NCBI GenBank assembly: GCA_013607635.1
Contig: VCAY01000003.1
Coordinates: forward strand, 1 to 61,536
DNA: 61,536 bases
Direction of reading: 5' to 3'
Origin: Campylobacterota bacterium
GTDB lineage: Bacteria; Campylobacterota; Campylobacteria; Campylobacterales; Sulfurimonadaceae
Made by a program: the position numbers and the translations under genes. This document shows, piece after piece, positions 60,448 to 61,536 of the stretch. Under the pieces are notes generated by a model. It saw nothing but the letters and a program-made list of their open reading frames with translations, had not been told where the DNA came from and ran no database searches. Each line of letters begins with the position of its first letter. Position 1 is the first letter of the stretch.

Positions 60448-61536
60448 TTACTGCTTATCCCAACCGACCATACCCCACTCCTCAAGATTTTTTTGTAAAC
60501 TTTGCATAGTTTTATCTTGGTGACATGCAAAACAGGCATTACTCTTTTTGGGCATACCATAAAGCAGCGTTTGTTTCGGTGTGACAAATCCAAACAGGTG
60601 AGTACACACTGTCAGTGGAGACTTAGAAGTATGGCGACCAACCTTTGGCATGTGACACTCAACACAAAGGCTTCCTTTTGAGTCTGCCTTATGGTGAGTA
60701 TGCTCTGTTAAATCTTTTTGATGCGGTCCAATAGGTGAACCAAATGAGTGGCATTTCATACAAAGCTTGTTGCCACTGTTATGCTCAGCGGTAGGTTGCA
60801 AGGAGTGTGGTGAATGGCAGTTGATACATGTAATACCGTGACGCCCTTTGATAGAATGCACAAACTCATTTCCTTGCGTACGATTCTTTTTCCCCATACC
60901 GTTTGCATAGAACTCTTTTGTCTCTTTACCCATCACAAAAGGTGCAGGAAGTTTGTATTTTGCCAAAGCATCACCCGCTTTATAGCCAAGTGGGTAATCT
61001 CTTGCATCACCGTAGATCTCGCTGATGTTATGATCTTTTAAACGGTAGTCACGATTACGCATGTGACACTGCAGACACACCTCATTTTGACGCACAGGGT
61101 CGTGCATATCTGCTTGGTACATTTTAGCATCGGGGTCTTGAACATGCTTGGAACCGGGACCGTGACACGCTTCACAAGCTATGCCACTCTCTACACGCTT
61201 TTGTGTAGCCATAAAACCGGTAAAGTGATACCCGTCACACGCTTTGGATGTTGGAAATTCTCTGTTATCATGAGGGTAAGCCTCTTTATACCAATATTTC
61301 CACGGTTTGAAATGTTGCCATTTTTGTGTTTGCACATTCCATTGATAGTTGCCTAGACGGTAATCTTGTGTACTGTTGATCTCAGCAGGGATCATATAGC
61401 GTTGTTTAAACTTGCCACCTATGGTATAAACGGCATCTTTGAGTGTAAAGTCTGCATCAGCAGGGAGCTTGGAGAAATCTGCCACAACAACTGAGCTGTC
61501 TTTGGTGATATCTTGAATCATTTTCGGATGGCGGGA
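60448..61536 (-). CDS. Multiheme c-type cytochrome (5' end outside the window)
   Basis: Six CxxCH motifs (CEACH, CLQCH, CINCH, CMKCH, CVECH, CFACH) plus CDGYH; frame stays open to the window edge (SRHPK). Confidence 0.9.
   Translation of the reverse strand, partial: SRHPKMIQDITKDSSVVVADFSKLPADADFTLKDAVYTIGGKFKQRYMIPAEINSTQDYRLGNYQWNVQTQKWQHFKPWKYWYKEAYPHDNREFPTSKACDGYHFTGFMATQKRVESGIACEACHGPGSKHVQDPDAKMYQADMHDPVRQNEVCLQCHMRNRDYRLKDHNISEIYGDARDYPLGYKAGDALAKYKLPAPFVMGKETKEFYANGMGKKNRTQGNEFVHSIKGRHGITCINCHSPHSLQPTAEHNSGNKLCMKCHSFGSPIGPHQKDLTEHTHHKADSKGSLCVECHMPKVGRHTSKSPLTVCTHLFGFVTPKQTLLYGMPKKSNACFACHQDKTMQSLQKNLEEWGMVGWDKQ

Noticed and set aside
60448-61536. Multiheme cytochrome as a T2SS substrate for extracellular electron transfer
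   Set aside because: About 16 kb from the cluster, N-terminus not visible, and no linking evidence in the sequence
1-61536. CRISPR arrays, rRNA, IS elements, prophage or defence genes
   Set aside because: No spaced direct repeats or recognisable transposase, phage or nuclease genes seen; intergenic gaps are too short

Overview
A gene-dense, AT-rich chromosomal segment from a Campylobacterota (epsilon-proteobacterium). The gene set and synteny suggest a free-living Sulfurimonas-like organism (inference). Most of the window is core genome: lpxK/DegT/nadE, cmoB, the M23-lpxC-tsaB-thrB-infB-rbfA-rimP-ribD-menG operon, flhB, nadAC, plsY-folB, hsrA with an adjacent kinase, ppx, bamA, two tRNAs, groESL, exbBD, pyrC, pgm, pepP, cheVAW, lpxH, argC, greA, tcdA and surE. 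It ends in a 5'-truncated multiheme cytochrome c gene. The main accessory block (34.8-46.1 kb) is a 12-gene type II secretion-like cluster in non-canonical order, with a divergent Ser/Thr/Gly-rich lipoprotein gene that is a candidate cargo. Other notable points: a 171-codon ORF that looks like an in-frame collapse of an Mla/Pqi-type lipid-transport operon, a GNAT gene split at a G6 tract, a bamA beside tRNAs that may be a second copy, two apparently leaderless genes, a degenerate DHH-type protein and a heme motif reading CDGYH. I saw no CRISPR array, rRNA, integrase or transposase. All calls come from motif recognition by eye; no searches were run.
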